Below the pieces are notes generated by a model. The model worked only from the letters and a program-made list of their open reading frames with translations, ran no database searches and had not been told where the DNA came from. A program made the position numbers and the translations under genes. A stretch of 64,000 bases of DNA from Haplodiscus bocki (Eukaryota), in the NCBI GenBank assembly GCA_965655095.1, contig OZ296650.1, positions 133,920,001 through 133,984,000 of the forward strand, given 5' to 3'. Of the stretch, positions 35,901 to 46,053 are shown piece by piece (position 1 is the stretch's first letter; every line of letters starts with the position of its first letter).

Positions 35901-38900
35901 CATGAATGAATTGTATATTGGTCACCACGTAAGGAAATCGCAATGACCACCACACGGATTCCGTTAAACTCAAAATGCGAGAGTTCAAACACTTTTTCTT
36001 TGGCTTTTCCTCCTTGCTCATATTGGTCAAGTATACCCCAGCGATTTTGTTGTTCACTTGTTGATCAACATGGAAGTCATACAAATCTGTTGCACTTGAC
36101 GTAGAAATAGAAACTTCGGCGCGTTCCTCCACGCCTGCAACATATTTTGACAGATAACGGCTACTCATGTAAATGTCGCAAATTTGTAGATTGGTGCTAG
36201 ATCGGACGAGGGCAAAAATTTTGGCGTTTGTTGGAGAAGTGTGCGTGTTACTTTCTGTTGGATAATGATGCTTGCCACCACAAAGGCGCTGATCAATGGT
36301 GACAGAACAATCAAAGTCACTCGACTCAGCTAATCCGATGTTCTTCAAAACTGCTATCGTTTCCTCAGACAGTTCTTTGTGAATACATTTGTAGGTAAAA
36401 TTAGCAGAAGGAGGGTATTTGGGCACGCGGCACGTTTTTCTTTTCAATTTGTCAGTTTTTTTCTGACAACGAAATTTAGCTTTAAAACAGCTGTGTGATT
36501 GGTAACGGTTGAACAGATCTCGTAACTCGTTCAACTCATCCAAACTATAATTGTGCGAACCAACTTCAGTCAATAAATTCCCCAGAAACGTTGTTGCCGA
36601 GCAACAAATTCTAGACCTTACTGCTTCACTAAAGCAATCTTCTGCCGTCCAAATCAAAGCATGTACATGAGGGAACCCACAAGCTTCATCTTGAAACTCA
36701 TACCGATACCAAATCTTATTAACCTTTCCCAATGGCTGCTCGGGTGACGTTTCAATGTACTTCATGACAAGACGAGAAGCTCGTTCCCACGCTCTCAACA
36801 TGGTGACCATTTCAGATTGAATCGCTGATTTTCGGACCTCCTCTTTACAGACGTCTTTCGGAAACTTTGCGTCCAACGCACTAAAAATCTTCCTCAAGCC
36901 AGGATGCGTTGACTGCCCACAAGTGTAAGTGAAAAAATATGTAGCTGGTCGTTCTTTCAAAGCTGCTCCCAATTCATTGACATTCTTCCGAGAATCGCAT
37001 TGATCAAAAAAAATTGCCCCTTCTCGCATGGCATGTACATTTTTTCGTTGCCGAGCGGCTTCACTCCAACCTCTGTTCAATACTATTCTGGTGTCATTGA
37101 CACGCAGCTGTAGGTTAAATATTGTGTCAAATACGTATTGGACGTAACGAGGATCCGTTGACGTCAACAGAGACGAATCTTTCAAGCGCGTTTGTAAATG
37201 TTGTTCTAAGCTAGCGAAGCCGAGCAATTCGTTTTGTTTGTGATCATTATACAAAGGAGACGGTATTGCACCCGAATAACTGCCGTCTGTATTTTGGTGC
37301 CAAAAGATGGACGGAAACAACATGGCTTCCGGCTGAAGCAAAGGGACAGAATTAGGGGGCGACGTTGCAGTGATATTCTCCAGAAATCTCTTATGTCTAG
37401 CTGCAACATACAACGGAGACCCTTCACTCCTTTTCAGTAAACCGCATTGACCATTCAATAAAACATGTAGTGGGAGCTGAAAATCAGTGCTGTCTATTCG
37501 GAAATCACGTTCCAAAACAACAGTTGAATCTCCAGCAGCAGTTGTAACAGGCAGCGAAACATGCGATCCCTCAGAATCTTCCTCTAAAAGGCCAGGGTTG
37601 GTAACAAATTCCGAGGACGCGACAGTGTTGGTAGGCGATGTGGACCGATTCTCTGAATCGACAGAAACACGGCTATAGCTACAATCATCTAACTGACTTG
37701 AGCCGCACGCTGAGTTTTTTGTGGACTCACCAAAGATCCTTTTTTTACCATCAAAAACAAAGTGCTTTTCCTGACTTTCATCTTCAGAATGCATCCTGCA
37801 AACACTTGCCAAACAACCAGACACTGGACAACGTAAAAAAGAACTTCTACCACATGAGCATTTGAAACCACTTGAAGGAAAATCACGGGTGAGTAACAGA
37901 GAATGCTTTTTACAAAAGAATTTTCCTTGACCTGCCAGTGTTTCAAAATATTTCGACCGCAACTCACTAATATCGGCAAAGGTCTGTCGATAGTAAACAC
38001 AGATATTCCAATAGTCATTAATAAAATGATCAACCGCTCTATCACAAGGCAGCCTCACCTGTTCAGGAAAAATACTTTTGCTTTTATACACCCAAAAACT
38101 TTGAAAGACACCACCATGCCTCAAAAGAATGTTATTACGAGTCGCTAAACCTTCAGTAGCAATAAATTTCAACTCGAAAACGGACTGAGCAGTTTGGAAG
38201 TTCAGAGGAGCTTTGAAATTAGAACGCAAAGTATTTACTCCCGCGTATGAAAAAAGTATGACATTTACACCTTCAAATTCTTGAGCTTCCAAAAAATGCC
38301 AAATATCTTGACGGCTTGCCACGTTTTCATGGATGACATCATCACAAAATTGTGACACACCGAAACTGAGACAACGAGATGGACTTTCCGGAAATCTTGT
38401 AAACAACTTCGACAATCCATCACTCATAGACGCATCCACAGTTTTCCTTGTGCAGCGACGGAACCTTGGAAAAATTACAGGGTCCAAAAATTGCAGCAAA
38501 GGAAAAATCGCATTATCAACACCAGCTGAATCAGATATGGATCGACACAGTTGAGGAGAGATGCAAAATAAAGTTTGCAACAACGACAAAAAGTGAGTCT
38601 TGCAGCTCAAAATTTTTGGAGGAGAGGAACCAAACGAATTCGGAGGCTGAGCGAACGTCACAGACTTGAATTTTGCGCATAAGCGTTGTCCATCAGTCAA
38701 TCCAGGAGAACTGAATAAACGATACGTATCCGTTATAGACACACTTGTTGATGCGGAAAGAGAAGCAGCCGACTGTTCAATGTTCGGTTTACTTTGAATG
38801 CCTTGTCGGATTTCATCAGTTGTTTCGCCAGAAGACACTAAGCTATTCAAAAAATATTGAATATCGCTTCGGTAAAAACTACATTGAGATTCCGCCTTCA

Positions 38901-41322
38901 CTAACAGATCCGAAGTAATATCCCAACGGCGTTGAGAGCTCAAGCGAATGCTACTAATGCCTGAATAATTACCGACAGCTTTCAGCAACTGGAAAGTGTG
39001 ACTAGCGTAATTCGCTTTGGCAATCTTCAAAATACGCAAATTTGGAGCAACAAATGCTAATCTGTCGTTGGTAGGAACACTGAGACGTCCCAGAGACGGG
39101 TGTGCAGGCGGGTGAAGATACTGCAGGTGAGACCCATTGTTATGCTGCACACAAGTTCCGATAACAAGGCCATATGCCCCATTAACACTGACAAAGCCGG
39201 AAACATCAAACGCATCCAAAACTTTCATTGGTTTCAACCAATCGTCTCTTGCACCTCGCAAATGGTACAAGTAATCAGAGCTGAACGATGTGAATGAAGG
39301 CAAAATCCCATTTACAAGGTGGTTGAAACCGATTCGACCTGTTTCTTCAACAAATGTGAAACAACCGAAGGGACATCTACAATTTGGATAACATTCATTA
39401 TCTAAGGCTTCCTCCAAATCAGTGAAATTACCCGAATTTATTTTGTCCAGAAAAACTTCCTTCCGTTTTGTTATATCAACTAGAACAGATGGATCACCCA
39501 TAGAAACAGCAGGATGCAGATGTTGACACATAGCCCAACTGTCGCGTATTTCGGGAGGTAAAAAAGAAACAAATTTTTTCATAGTACAATCTCGAATGCT
39601 GAGATCCTTCAGTAACGAATGAATCACGGAAGGCCAAGCGTACCGCCAACAATTTCCGCCATTATTGTAATTGAAACAACTTTGGCAGACCAGACAGGTA
39701 GCAGTAGGTCGCAAACCAAATCTCCTTCGTTTGATTGCTGTTTTTTCAAGAGTTTGCCATTGCAAAGGATAAGCAGGAGTTGAAATTCGACAACATTTAC
39801 CGCACATTTCTCTGTTTTGTGCTTTGTCGGCTGAAAAAGTGGACGTCAAAACACAATTGTCACTCGAGGCATCCTCATTACGACAGGCGTTATCTTTCTT
39901 CATAATCATTGTGGCTGTGCCATTGTGTGCGGATTGCGTGGATTGAATCTCCTGAGGCAGGGCATTGAAGCAAACACCTGGGCTCAACGGGTCACACTTA
40001 GAACCATTTTCTTCACATTCAATTGTCGCTAGGCTTAAACAACTGTTGCTGGGCAACAAAAGGTCGTTGTGCATACCGCCCAATCCAACAGAGGGTGATG
40101 TGAGGCCTTCATCGCACAAATGAGGCAAAACTTTAAATTCAGAACACGCACTACCTTTTGGATCAGAAGTGTTCGCATGAAATGACGCGGAAATCACATT
40201 GCATTGTGATGCCGTATCTGGGAATGAACTCTGGACGCAACCATGAGGCAAACTTTGCTGTGAATTTGGATTTTCTGCCGACAACACTGCTACCGTTTCA
40301 AAATGGTTACCTGTATGAGTATGTACCAGGAAGACAGATGGAACGTCCATTGAAGCACGATCTCCGGCATAGCTATGAACTATCCACAATTTTGTCATGC
40401 AATGGTAAACGTAAACATCAGCCACCGCAATTTGGGCGAAAGCATAGATCTCTACACAAGTGCCATACACACCATTCGATCTCATTCCGGAACGATTCAA
40501 ATATTCGTTCACGTTTGAAGCTGTCTCTACCACAACATTTCCATCAATGGTTGTGTAAATTTCCAGAAAATGCGGAGCAATATCTACGGAGGGTAAAGCC
40601 AAACAAATACGCTGGCGTAGTTGTGAATGATACCAATATTGTGACCCAATTGACACCGCTAAAGCAGAGAACAAACAATTACCGTCACCTGGAACAGGAT
40701 GAGTTTGTGATGGATGCAAACTGTTCAAAGATTTGGCACCCAACAAGTGTGTGTTCAATGGTTTTGCCACAAACGGTATTCCAAACACAATGCAAATTCT
40801 CGTCAAATTAGCGATTGTGCATGAAAAAGCTGTTGAATTCGGCACGTTCGAGAAAAGACTCATGGTATTGAATGGCGCAGAAAACAGCGACCGATCAAAA
40901 TAGTCTTCACCAACTGAGGCTTTTACCATGGATGATTGGAAACAGGAGCAGTCTTTGCTGCCATAAAAACGCCCACATGTTACGCATTTCCTGGGCTCTC
41001 TGCACAATTTCTTTTTTTTTGGCGGGCCAGGGTTGGTTTCTATACCACTTCTCAACAGAAACAAAAGTAACATTCTGCGAGTCATCGAAACCTCATCAGA
41101 ATTGCCGATCCTCATAAACTGCAAGTGATCCTGAAGACACAAAGAGACACAAAATTCCCCAACGGTGACGTCTGAGCTGAAGACTTCTCCGACATTGTTC
41201 ACATAAACAATTCCATCTTTTTCCAAAACTGTCCATAAAGAAGACCAAATCATCAACAAAGTTAAACAAAGTGAGTAAACCATTTTCTGAAAATGAGATT
41301 CGTCAAAACTCTGTACACCCAT
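32986..41322 (-). CDS. Intact polyprotein: leader, 2A-like, NLS, Zn finger, OTU, (pseudo-USP), HUH Rep, PIF1-like helicase, GIY-YIG (~2778 aa from first ATG)
   Basis: RSGIETNPGP; PGDGNCLFSAL...NHFE (~40290-40700); YFFTYTC, YEFQDEACGFPHVHALIW, YLSKY (~36140-36940); GPPGTGKS, GDFRQLPP, QFPLK..ASTVHK, YVVVSRV (~33500-34760); GYCYLL..FYIG..RRRLQEHN..RRPW (~33100-33345). Confidence 0.93.
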   Translation of the reverse strand: MGVQSFDESHFQKMVYSLCLTLLMIWSSLWTVLEKDGIVYVNNVGEVFSSDVTVGEFCVSLCLQDHLQFMRIGNSDEVSMTRRMLLLFLLRSGIETNPGPPKKKKLCREPRKCVTCGRFYGSKDCSCFQSSMVKASVGEDYFDRSLFSAPFNTMSLFSNVPNSTAFSCTIANLTRICIVFGIPFVAKPLNTHLLGAKSLNSLHPSQTHPVPGDGNCLFSALAVSIGSQYWYHSQLRQRICLALPSVDIAPHFLEIYTTIDGNVVVETASNVNEYLNRSGMRSNGVYGTCVEIYAFAQIAVADVYVYHCMTKLWIVHSYAGDRASMDVPSVFLVHTHTGNHFETVAVLSAENPNSQQSLPHGCVQSSFPDTASQCNVISASFHANTSDPKGSACSEFKVLPHLCDEGLTSPSVGLGGMHNDLLLPSNSCLSLATIECEENGSKCDPLSPGVCFNALPQEIQSTQSAHNGTATMIMKKDNACRNEDASSDNCVLTSTFSADKAQNREMCGKCCRISTPAYPLQWQTLEKTAIKRRRFGLRPTATCLVCQSCFNYNNGGNCWRYAWPSVIHSLLKDLSIRDCTMKKFVSFLPPEIRDSWAMCQHLHPAVSMGDPSVLVDITKRKEVFLDKINSGNFTDLEEALDNECYPNCRCPFGCFTFVEETGRIGFNHLVNGILPSFTSFSSDYLYHLRGARDDWLKPMKVLDAFDVSGFVSVNGAYGLVIGTCVQHNNGSHLQYLHPPAHPSLGRLSVPTNDRLAFVAPNLRILKIAKANYASHTFQLLKAVGNYSGISSIRLSSQRRWDITSDLLVKAESQCSFYRSDIQYFLNSLVSSGETTDEIRQGIQSKPNIEQSAASLSASTSVSITDTYRLFSSPGLTDGQRLCAKFKSVTFAQPPNSFGSSPPKILSCKTHFLSLLQTLFCISPQLCRSISDSAGVDNAIFPLLQFLDPVIFPRFRRCTRKTVDASMSDGLSKLFTRFPESPSRCLSFGVSQFCDDVIHENVASRQDIWHFLEAQEFEGVNVILFSYAGVNTLRSNFKAPLNFQTAQSVFELKFIATEGLATRNNILLRHGGVFQSFWVYKSKSIFPEQVRLPCDRAVDHFINDYWNICVYYRQTFADISELRSKYFETLAGQGKFFCKKHSLLLTRDFPSSGFKCSCGRSSFLRCPVSGCLASVCRMHSEDESQEKHFVFDGKKRIFGESTKNSACGSSQLDDCSYSRVSVDSENRSTSPTNTVASSEFVTNPGLLEEDSEGSHVSLPVTTAAGDSTVVLERDFRIDSTDFQLPLHVLLNGQCGLLKRSEGSPLYVAARHKRFLENITATSPPNSVPLLQPEAMLFPSIFWHQNTDGSYSGAIPSPLYNDHKQNELLGFASLEQHLQTRLKDSSLLTSTDPRYVQYVFDTIFNLQLRVNDTRIVLNRGWSEAARQRKNVHAMREGAIFFDQCDSRKNVNELGAALKERPATYFFTYTCGQSTHPGLRKIFSALDAKFPKDVCKEEVRKSAIQSEMVTMLRAWERASRLVMKYIETSPEQPLGKVNKIWYRYEFQDEACGFPHVHALIWTAEDCFSEAVRSRICCSATTFLGNLLTEVGSHNYSLDELNELRDLFNRYQSHSCFKAKFRCQKKTDKLKRKTCRVPKYPPSANFTYKCIHKELSEETIAVLKNIGLAESSDFDCSVTIDQRLCGGKHHYPTESNTHTSPTNAKIFALVRSSTNLQICDIYMSSRYLSKYVAGVEERAEVSISTSSATDLYDFHVDQQVNNKIAGVYLTNMSKEEKPKKKCLNSRILSLTESVWWSLRFPYVVTNIQFIHVVTAPREKRAGIVIEPKCRLSSSNQGPLFGRQSSIRHSKDFPPHRCFTVNQKLLIIDAEKSSLSPDKITVFGVRPPELTFVLKVENYFTWFCRFRKPSKLTPESLLKRNVTKSYWVDGLGYCIYLNALYKEAFFNYCRNFSSGVRRFSRQCHEAIACTTSSSSHKFIYDKKVCQTQVVLSNVVPRNTTNFLTHILLSLGEYVTELDIFSQSNMKSAFFEASLARSHLGCEDSEVIDVVRRFVLEQLRYYPGSSTLLDRFVTSAYLCIQQAAQNNSVVFPCSTPRVLEQSIVQQSDSNISHELNAQKESLLCAIANGGYVGLPTCAELMNATLARPFTWSQKIHKARNQTDESLHDQQNILDYVCSLYDNYCSCTTAFIKHQFIVGPPGTGKSHVLIHCVIAALARGLRCVITSVAAERASLFGGRHINALIPFPVVQNGTVTHLVSHALNTLARDPLKFTFLERLDVLFVEEVSMISAELWSAMDNVLQAVSENNLPFGGKIVICTGDFRQLPPPTGTFLLLSNSVLANFEVRYLKHYVRMQNQQGKRLLDLLSEYPVIEACIKECCEIIDKFCIFVSTWTEVPLDILRVFSTRVAEKEAVEERISFVTTHQNIQSVSFHCKDEMSNTGTQNWVTATAPVSKFLNRSCLEPESLFIHVGCVLRLTCNLPSLKLFQGQLCLVESFDENDPHIVVRVAPAGVRSVSSNNPDVNSWRLVVVRKRIGVLHKYSNSTVCRRVQFPLKMYVASTVHKIMGDTVPSLATQIVGGKKFSYWLKEQLYVVVSRVTDLSHITFVGDKQRTLDAINLLCRKDSHLVPLIDNFLSSRGSCNSGVSAIQTFYPFPLRVFDVPLSAIGYCYLLVSVKRRELFYIGSCKTLRRRLQEHNSGNGSAFTKPVERRPWALVAYVTGFSNAVSRSRYSFEQDWQRAMVNHKYSNVMLTLADYLSECHVLMDLYKVTGIETALECDCMQNF
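41023..41073 (-). other. 2A-like (StopGo) peptide MLLLFLLRSGIETNPG|P
   Basis: IExNPGP core after a Leu-rich helix, identical in B2 (56064-56114). Confidence 0.7.
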
Positions 41323-42207
41323 CAACACTCAGTGGCGGCGCCTACATCTATAAAACTCAGTCAATGAAGGCTTTGAAACAGCCACATGCGTTACAGAAAA
41401 ATCTTCTATCGAAAGGAACTTCAAAAACAGTTGGATCATTTGAATTCAAAAGATTCACTGCATTGAATATTTGAAGTTCACCAGTTGAATTTTTAACTGT
41501 CTCTTCAGTGACTTTTCGTTTTTAATGCCGAAAATACCATGCTTGTGTGATTTCAGCAAGACTTGCAGTACTTGAAAAAATGATTAGTTAAATACGATTC
41601 AAATTCAAAACAATGAGGACTGTTAGCGTTGTACACCAAACAAAACAAACTGCTGAGTAAGTATACTCTCAAAATATTCCTTGTCGAATGCCAAAGTGGT
41701 GCTTGTTGAACGCCAACCATAAACTGACCAAAAAAATTAACAATTACATAACACACTCCAACTTACAAGGCATGAAAGAGGTTCAACTCTCGTAATGCAA
41801 ACGTGGAAAGTTCCAACACTGCTGATTTCTACAAAAAAACATAACAAGGAAAACGAAAGAACCTCATAGATGCTCAGAACAATAATATAACAAACTTAAA
41901 ATTTCTGGCAAACAATTGAAATGGAATGCAAAACTTATTGCCAAAACTTTTATTTTTATTTTTCAAAATGAATGACACGTAATGGAAGCATCTATTGCAT
42001 TCTACAACCAACAAAGAGCCCTGATCCAAGATATAATTTATGTATGCCATTATACTTGATGAGAAAAAATGTAGGATTATAAAATATAACTTACATAAGT
42101 AACGCCTAACTAGATTAAATTTGAGTTTAGCTGAAAAAACTGTGTCATATGAAACAAAATACTGTCAAAGTGTCAACGACCACTTGTGTAGAAGCTGCGA
42201 AGCATTG

Positions 42208-42282
42208 TTAGCCGCATTTTACGCGCAAAACGATCAATTCCAGCGTTTTTAGGCGCTTTTTACGCGCAAAGCGATCCTTTCC
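42208..42282. repeat. Two-copy 41-bp tandem repeat containing TTTTACGCGCAAA
   Basis: Also present in B2 at 57245-57319. Confidence 0.8.
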
Positions 42283-42896
42283 CGGGAAAATTTTTTTTTT
42301 CTCACAAAAATATCCGTCATTTCCGTCATTTTTTTCCCGTCATATCCGTCATTTTTTTTCGGCATTTCGATCGAAAATTTCTGGTTAACCGAAATCAATT
42401 GCCGGTTCAGTTTTGGCATCCTTAGCGAAGGCTAGCATACGAGAAAAAGTTGGTTTTGGCGATCAAAAATGACGGAATGACGCATTTTTTGCAAAAATTT
42501 ACAAATTCATCAGCGCCTATCTCCCGAACAAAAAAAGCTGGGCCAAAAATTTTTGGCATGCAAATTGTTCAAATCATTTGTGCCTCACACACAAAATTTG
42601 GGCCAATTGTATCGGGTAGATGTGGAACTAAAGCGATGAGAAGTCAAAATCGGGACAAAAAACACGATCATTCCGTCATAACTCATCACGTTGTGAATGG
42701 AAAAAGTTTTTTCCCTCCTCCCCTTTCTCACCTCGCCATTTGAGGACCGCATGCAAATTATGAATAAATTCTATCGGGTAGGACCCGAGATCGGCTTCCC
42801 AGACCCCTAGTGCACCTAGATGAAAATTTATCGACTAATATTTAACCTCGGCAACGGGACCCTACCCGGCCTCGGATTCTAAAAAGGTTACATCCC

Positions 42897-42914
42897 TGAC
42901 CACCCAGTGGAGGC
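42897..42914. other. 18-bp junction core 6 (B1|B2)
   Basis: Exact TGACCACCCAGTGGAGGC. Confidence 0.95.
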
Positions 42915-43100
42915 AAAGGTACCGTTTACTAGAGAGGCCCAGTGAATGTTAGATAGGGAGCTGTGAACACCAATTGAAATGGATTTGTGTCATAAAAGTC
43001 AAAAAAGAGGACAACTCTCATTCTGAACACAACAGAAGCTAAAACCGTTCGAGAAATGAACAACAATAGTCAAATCTGACAATTAGACCCGACTTTAGCA

Positions 43101-43146
43101 AAGAAAAACCATTGAATAAAAGTAAGAAAAACCATTGAATAAAAGT
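43101..43146. repeat. 23-bp tandem duplication private to B2
   Basis: AAGAAAAACCATTGAATAAAAGT x2; the homologous stretch is single-copy in B1 and B3. Confidence 0.85.
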
Positions 43147-44101
43147 ATGTTTTCAAACTCCTACTGGAAAAAAAACCAGGTCCAAGATTAACAATTAAAT
43201 TTTGAGAAAAAACATAAAAGTCAGAACAGTTGTATGTCAAAAATTCCAAAGCTCCTCACGTTTTCCCATTGGTAAATGTTTCTGAAAGATCGTATGTCTA
43301 CATAGCGAAACGAGCCTCATACACAGCCCAATTCGCTCAATCTGCCTTACTGGCTCATTTGGAATATGAAATTCATCTCCGTTTAATCACTGCGACATTT
43401 TGAACAAAGAAAACATACACTTTGGTGAGCGTGCCATTGACTTGTGACGTCGAAATGACTTCACGGGTCATCCAAACTAGAAATCGGTCCTATTCAGGGT
43501 GAGTCTCACTTTTAGAACTTTGGACACTTTCAAAGTATTTTCACTTGTTTCTCCAACTTTATGACTAAACTAATTCAACACAAGGCAAATCGCGAACCAA
43601 AAATTCCCGTCTAATTTGAGTAAAAAGAAAAAAACGTTAAACTTAACATTATCTTGACAACTTGGAGCAAACATATCTCTTAATACTAATGATAGCATCA
43701 TTAATGAGAGACCAGTGACTTGAAGAAATTACTTCCAAAGGGCATTACTAACATTGAAAAGCATAGTGAAAATTTCATAAAACCTTCAACGAGGATTATT
43801 GAAGTAAATCGAAGTACTTTACAGAGTACAACTATAGGTACTGCATTAACCAAACGAGATTTATTTAGGCGCGAAAACAACAGTTGTCTGTTTCATTCTA
43901 TAGAATGTGGAAAGAAGGTTTAAAAGTAAAACAGAGCATGTAAATTTGAGTTACTAAGGCAAATGCATTGAATTTATCGACCACACTACAAAGTGACAAT
44001 TGACGTGAGACTTTCAGAAAGGAACATGCTTGTAGGTGGTCGTTGTCATTCGACTTCCAAAATCACATATCCGTAGGGGATTTTAAAAAATCCATAACAA
44101 T

Positions 44102-45094
44102 TCAATCATGCTGAACATTTGGGTTGGCATGTTGTAGTGGAGGTGGTCGATTAGGCGGTTGTCGAGCATTACCGATAGTGTACTTCAAGTTGTTCGGGAT
44201 TACCGAAGCTGGCATAAGACGACAAATTCTTACATGGTGAACAGCTTGAGTAATTGACTCATCACTGACACTGGATTTGCTGTAGCCAGATATTCTCCAA
44301 CCACCATTATCGTTGACATATGCTGTCACCCTAGTCATTGATTCACGCAACAGATTCAATTCAACCGAGCTAGCTGGCAATCGAAGAACATCATTGCTGC
44401 AAACGAACGATGCCAACTGATGACTTTGCGTCATGTCTCCGCTCAGTGGATCGTCCGCTTCTTCTTCCACGTCCCTGGAAATGATGCGTGCGGCGACAGT
44501 CCACGACGAAACTGAATTCTTTTGTAAGCAAGCGCACACCGTGTCATTTCTGACAACACGACGGTCGCACATAATTCCAGAACACGTAGGTGATATAATG
44601 TTTCCATGCAAAAACAACAAGTTTCTACTGTTCAGAGTGTAATGGAACATTGCTGGTGTGCTGGGTAAGGAACTAATTGGAATTGGCGGGAAATCTTCAT
44701 TGGTTACGTTGTTGATAACAACGATCGCCCGATGAGTTTCAATAATCGGATTGTTTCGGTCATTGCCTAAACACGTGTTCGAATATATAGGCTCTGTAAC
44801 CTCTACAACAGAACCAACAGTAAGATGACGATCCTTGAAAAGTTTAGCAGACTTCTGGGCGGAAGCTGAGATGACGACAAAACAATCTTTACTATTCCAT
44901 TGACCAATAATAGCCATTCTGTCATATGTCCCTTCAGGAAGTGGGCGTTTCAATTTTGTAGCTTGAGGTCTAAACAACTGAAGTGGCCGATCACTCTTTT
45001 TCAGGACCAAAACTATCCCCCTTATTACAGTGTTTTGGCTGTTGCGCAGGAAACCCTCGCCTGTAACTTCAGCAACAGTTACTTGTCTATTCAT
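44102..45094 (-). CDS. Accessory 330 aa protein, putative OB-fold/Zn
   Basis: Intact homolog of 29055-30047. Confidence 0.85.
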   Translation of the reverse strand: MNRQVTVAEVTGEGFLRNSQNTVIRGIVLVLKKSDRPLQLFRPQATKLKRPLPEGTYDRMAIIGQWNSKDCFVVISASAQKSAKLFKDRHLTVGSVVEVTEPIYSNTCLGNDRNNPIIETHRAIVVINNVTNEDFPPIPISSLPSTPAMFHYTLNSRNLLFLHGNIISPTCSGIMCDRRVVRNDTVCACLQKNSVSSWTVAARIISRDVEEEADDPLSGDMTQSHQLASFVCSNDVLRLPASSVELNLLRESMTRVTAYVNDNGGWRISGYSKSSVSDESITQAVHHVRICRLMPASVIPNNLKYTIGNARQPPNRPPPLQHANPNVQHD

Positions 45095-46053
45095 TTCTTA
45101 AAGAATGCAAATTGATATGTTCCAAACAAGAAAGTACACGATAAAAAAGACATGTCAAGTTTTGCAGTCTGATTTATTTTAAACGAAAAAACTCCCAATG
45201 AAGAAAGAAAAATTTTTGAAGAAAGAAAACATGAGAAAATCCGTTTCTTTTATCAAAGCCTAGCAACTCTTCACTGCCGTCTATGGTACACTTTATCTGG
45301 AACGAACTGTATCTGGAGCCATTTACCGGGTGTGTCCTCAAAACAGTTTTCCACTCCAAGGCAAAAAATAGTCGCACACTGAAAACATATAAATTGAAAC
45401 ACAGATAGTACATTAAACTGAATTTCCTCTGAACTATTTCTATTTCCAAAAACAAAACAATTTACAACAGATCCCAGTAAAAAAATCTGGATGCCAAAAG
45501 GCTAATAAAATTTGCTAAAAAAGCGTTCAGCTTCAAATAACATCATCAAAATTAGAATCGTACTTCAACTAAATCAAGGCAAGATCGCCAAATCATTTTT
45601 TAAATTCAAAAACCATATGGCAGCACAAGTGCAATTAAACAATAAAACCAAGTCACGACAGAAATGACTGCAATACAAATGTTCACGCGGTGTTAAAACA
45701 CCGACGGACTTCCCAATCATCAAGTTATCTTCATCGAGTTCGCGGTAATTGATGCCTATGCCGATTCGTGCAACCCACATCTGTTTCTTTTGACCTGCAA
45801 AAAACAGATACTCTTGAAAAAGTTTGCAAAGGACTTGCTTGTTTTCACGATAAACCGTGAAAACAAGCAAGTGCTGTTATTGAAGCATGTCAAACTCTCC
45901 AGTTAACACTTCCAACTGCGGATTTGGTCTCCAAAAACTTTAAAATATTAACACTGAGTAAAGTGAAGATGTTATGCACGGAAATTGTATCTACTCAGTT
46001 GCTTCAGATGTTAAATGCATCAACGGAGTAATCACTAACGTTCCGCTTTTCTT

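Larger units (their letters stand above)
27909..42914 (-). mobile_element. Helitron-like element, family B copy 1, full length (15006 bp), apparently intact
   Basis: Bounded by 18-mers, with three intact minus-strand ORFs. Confidence 0.92.
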
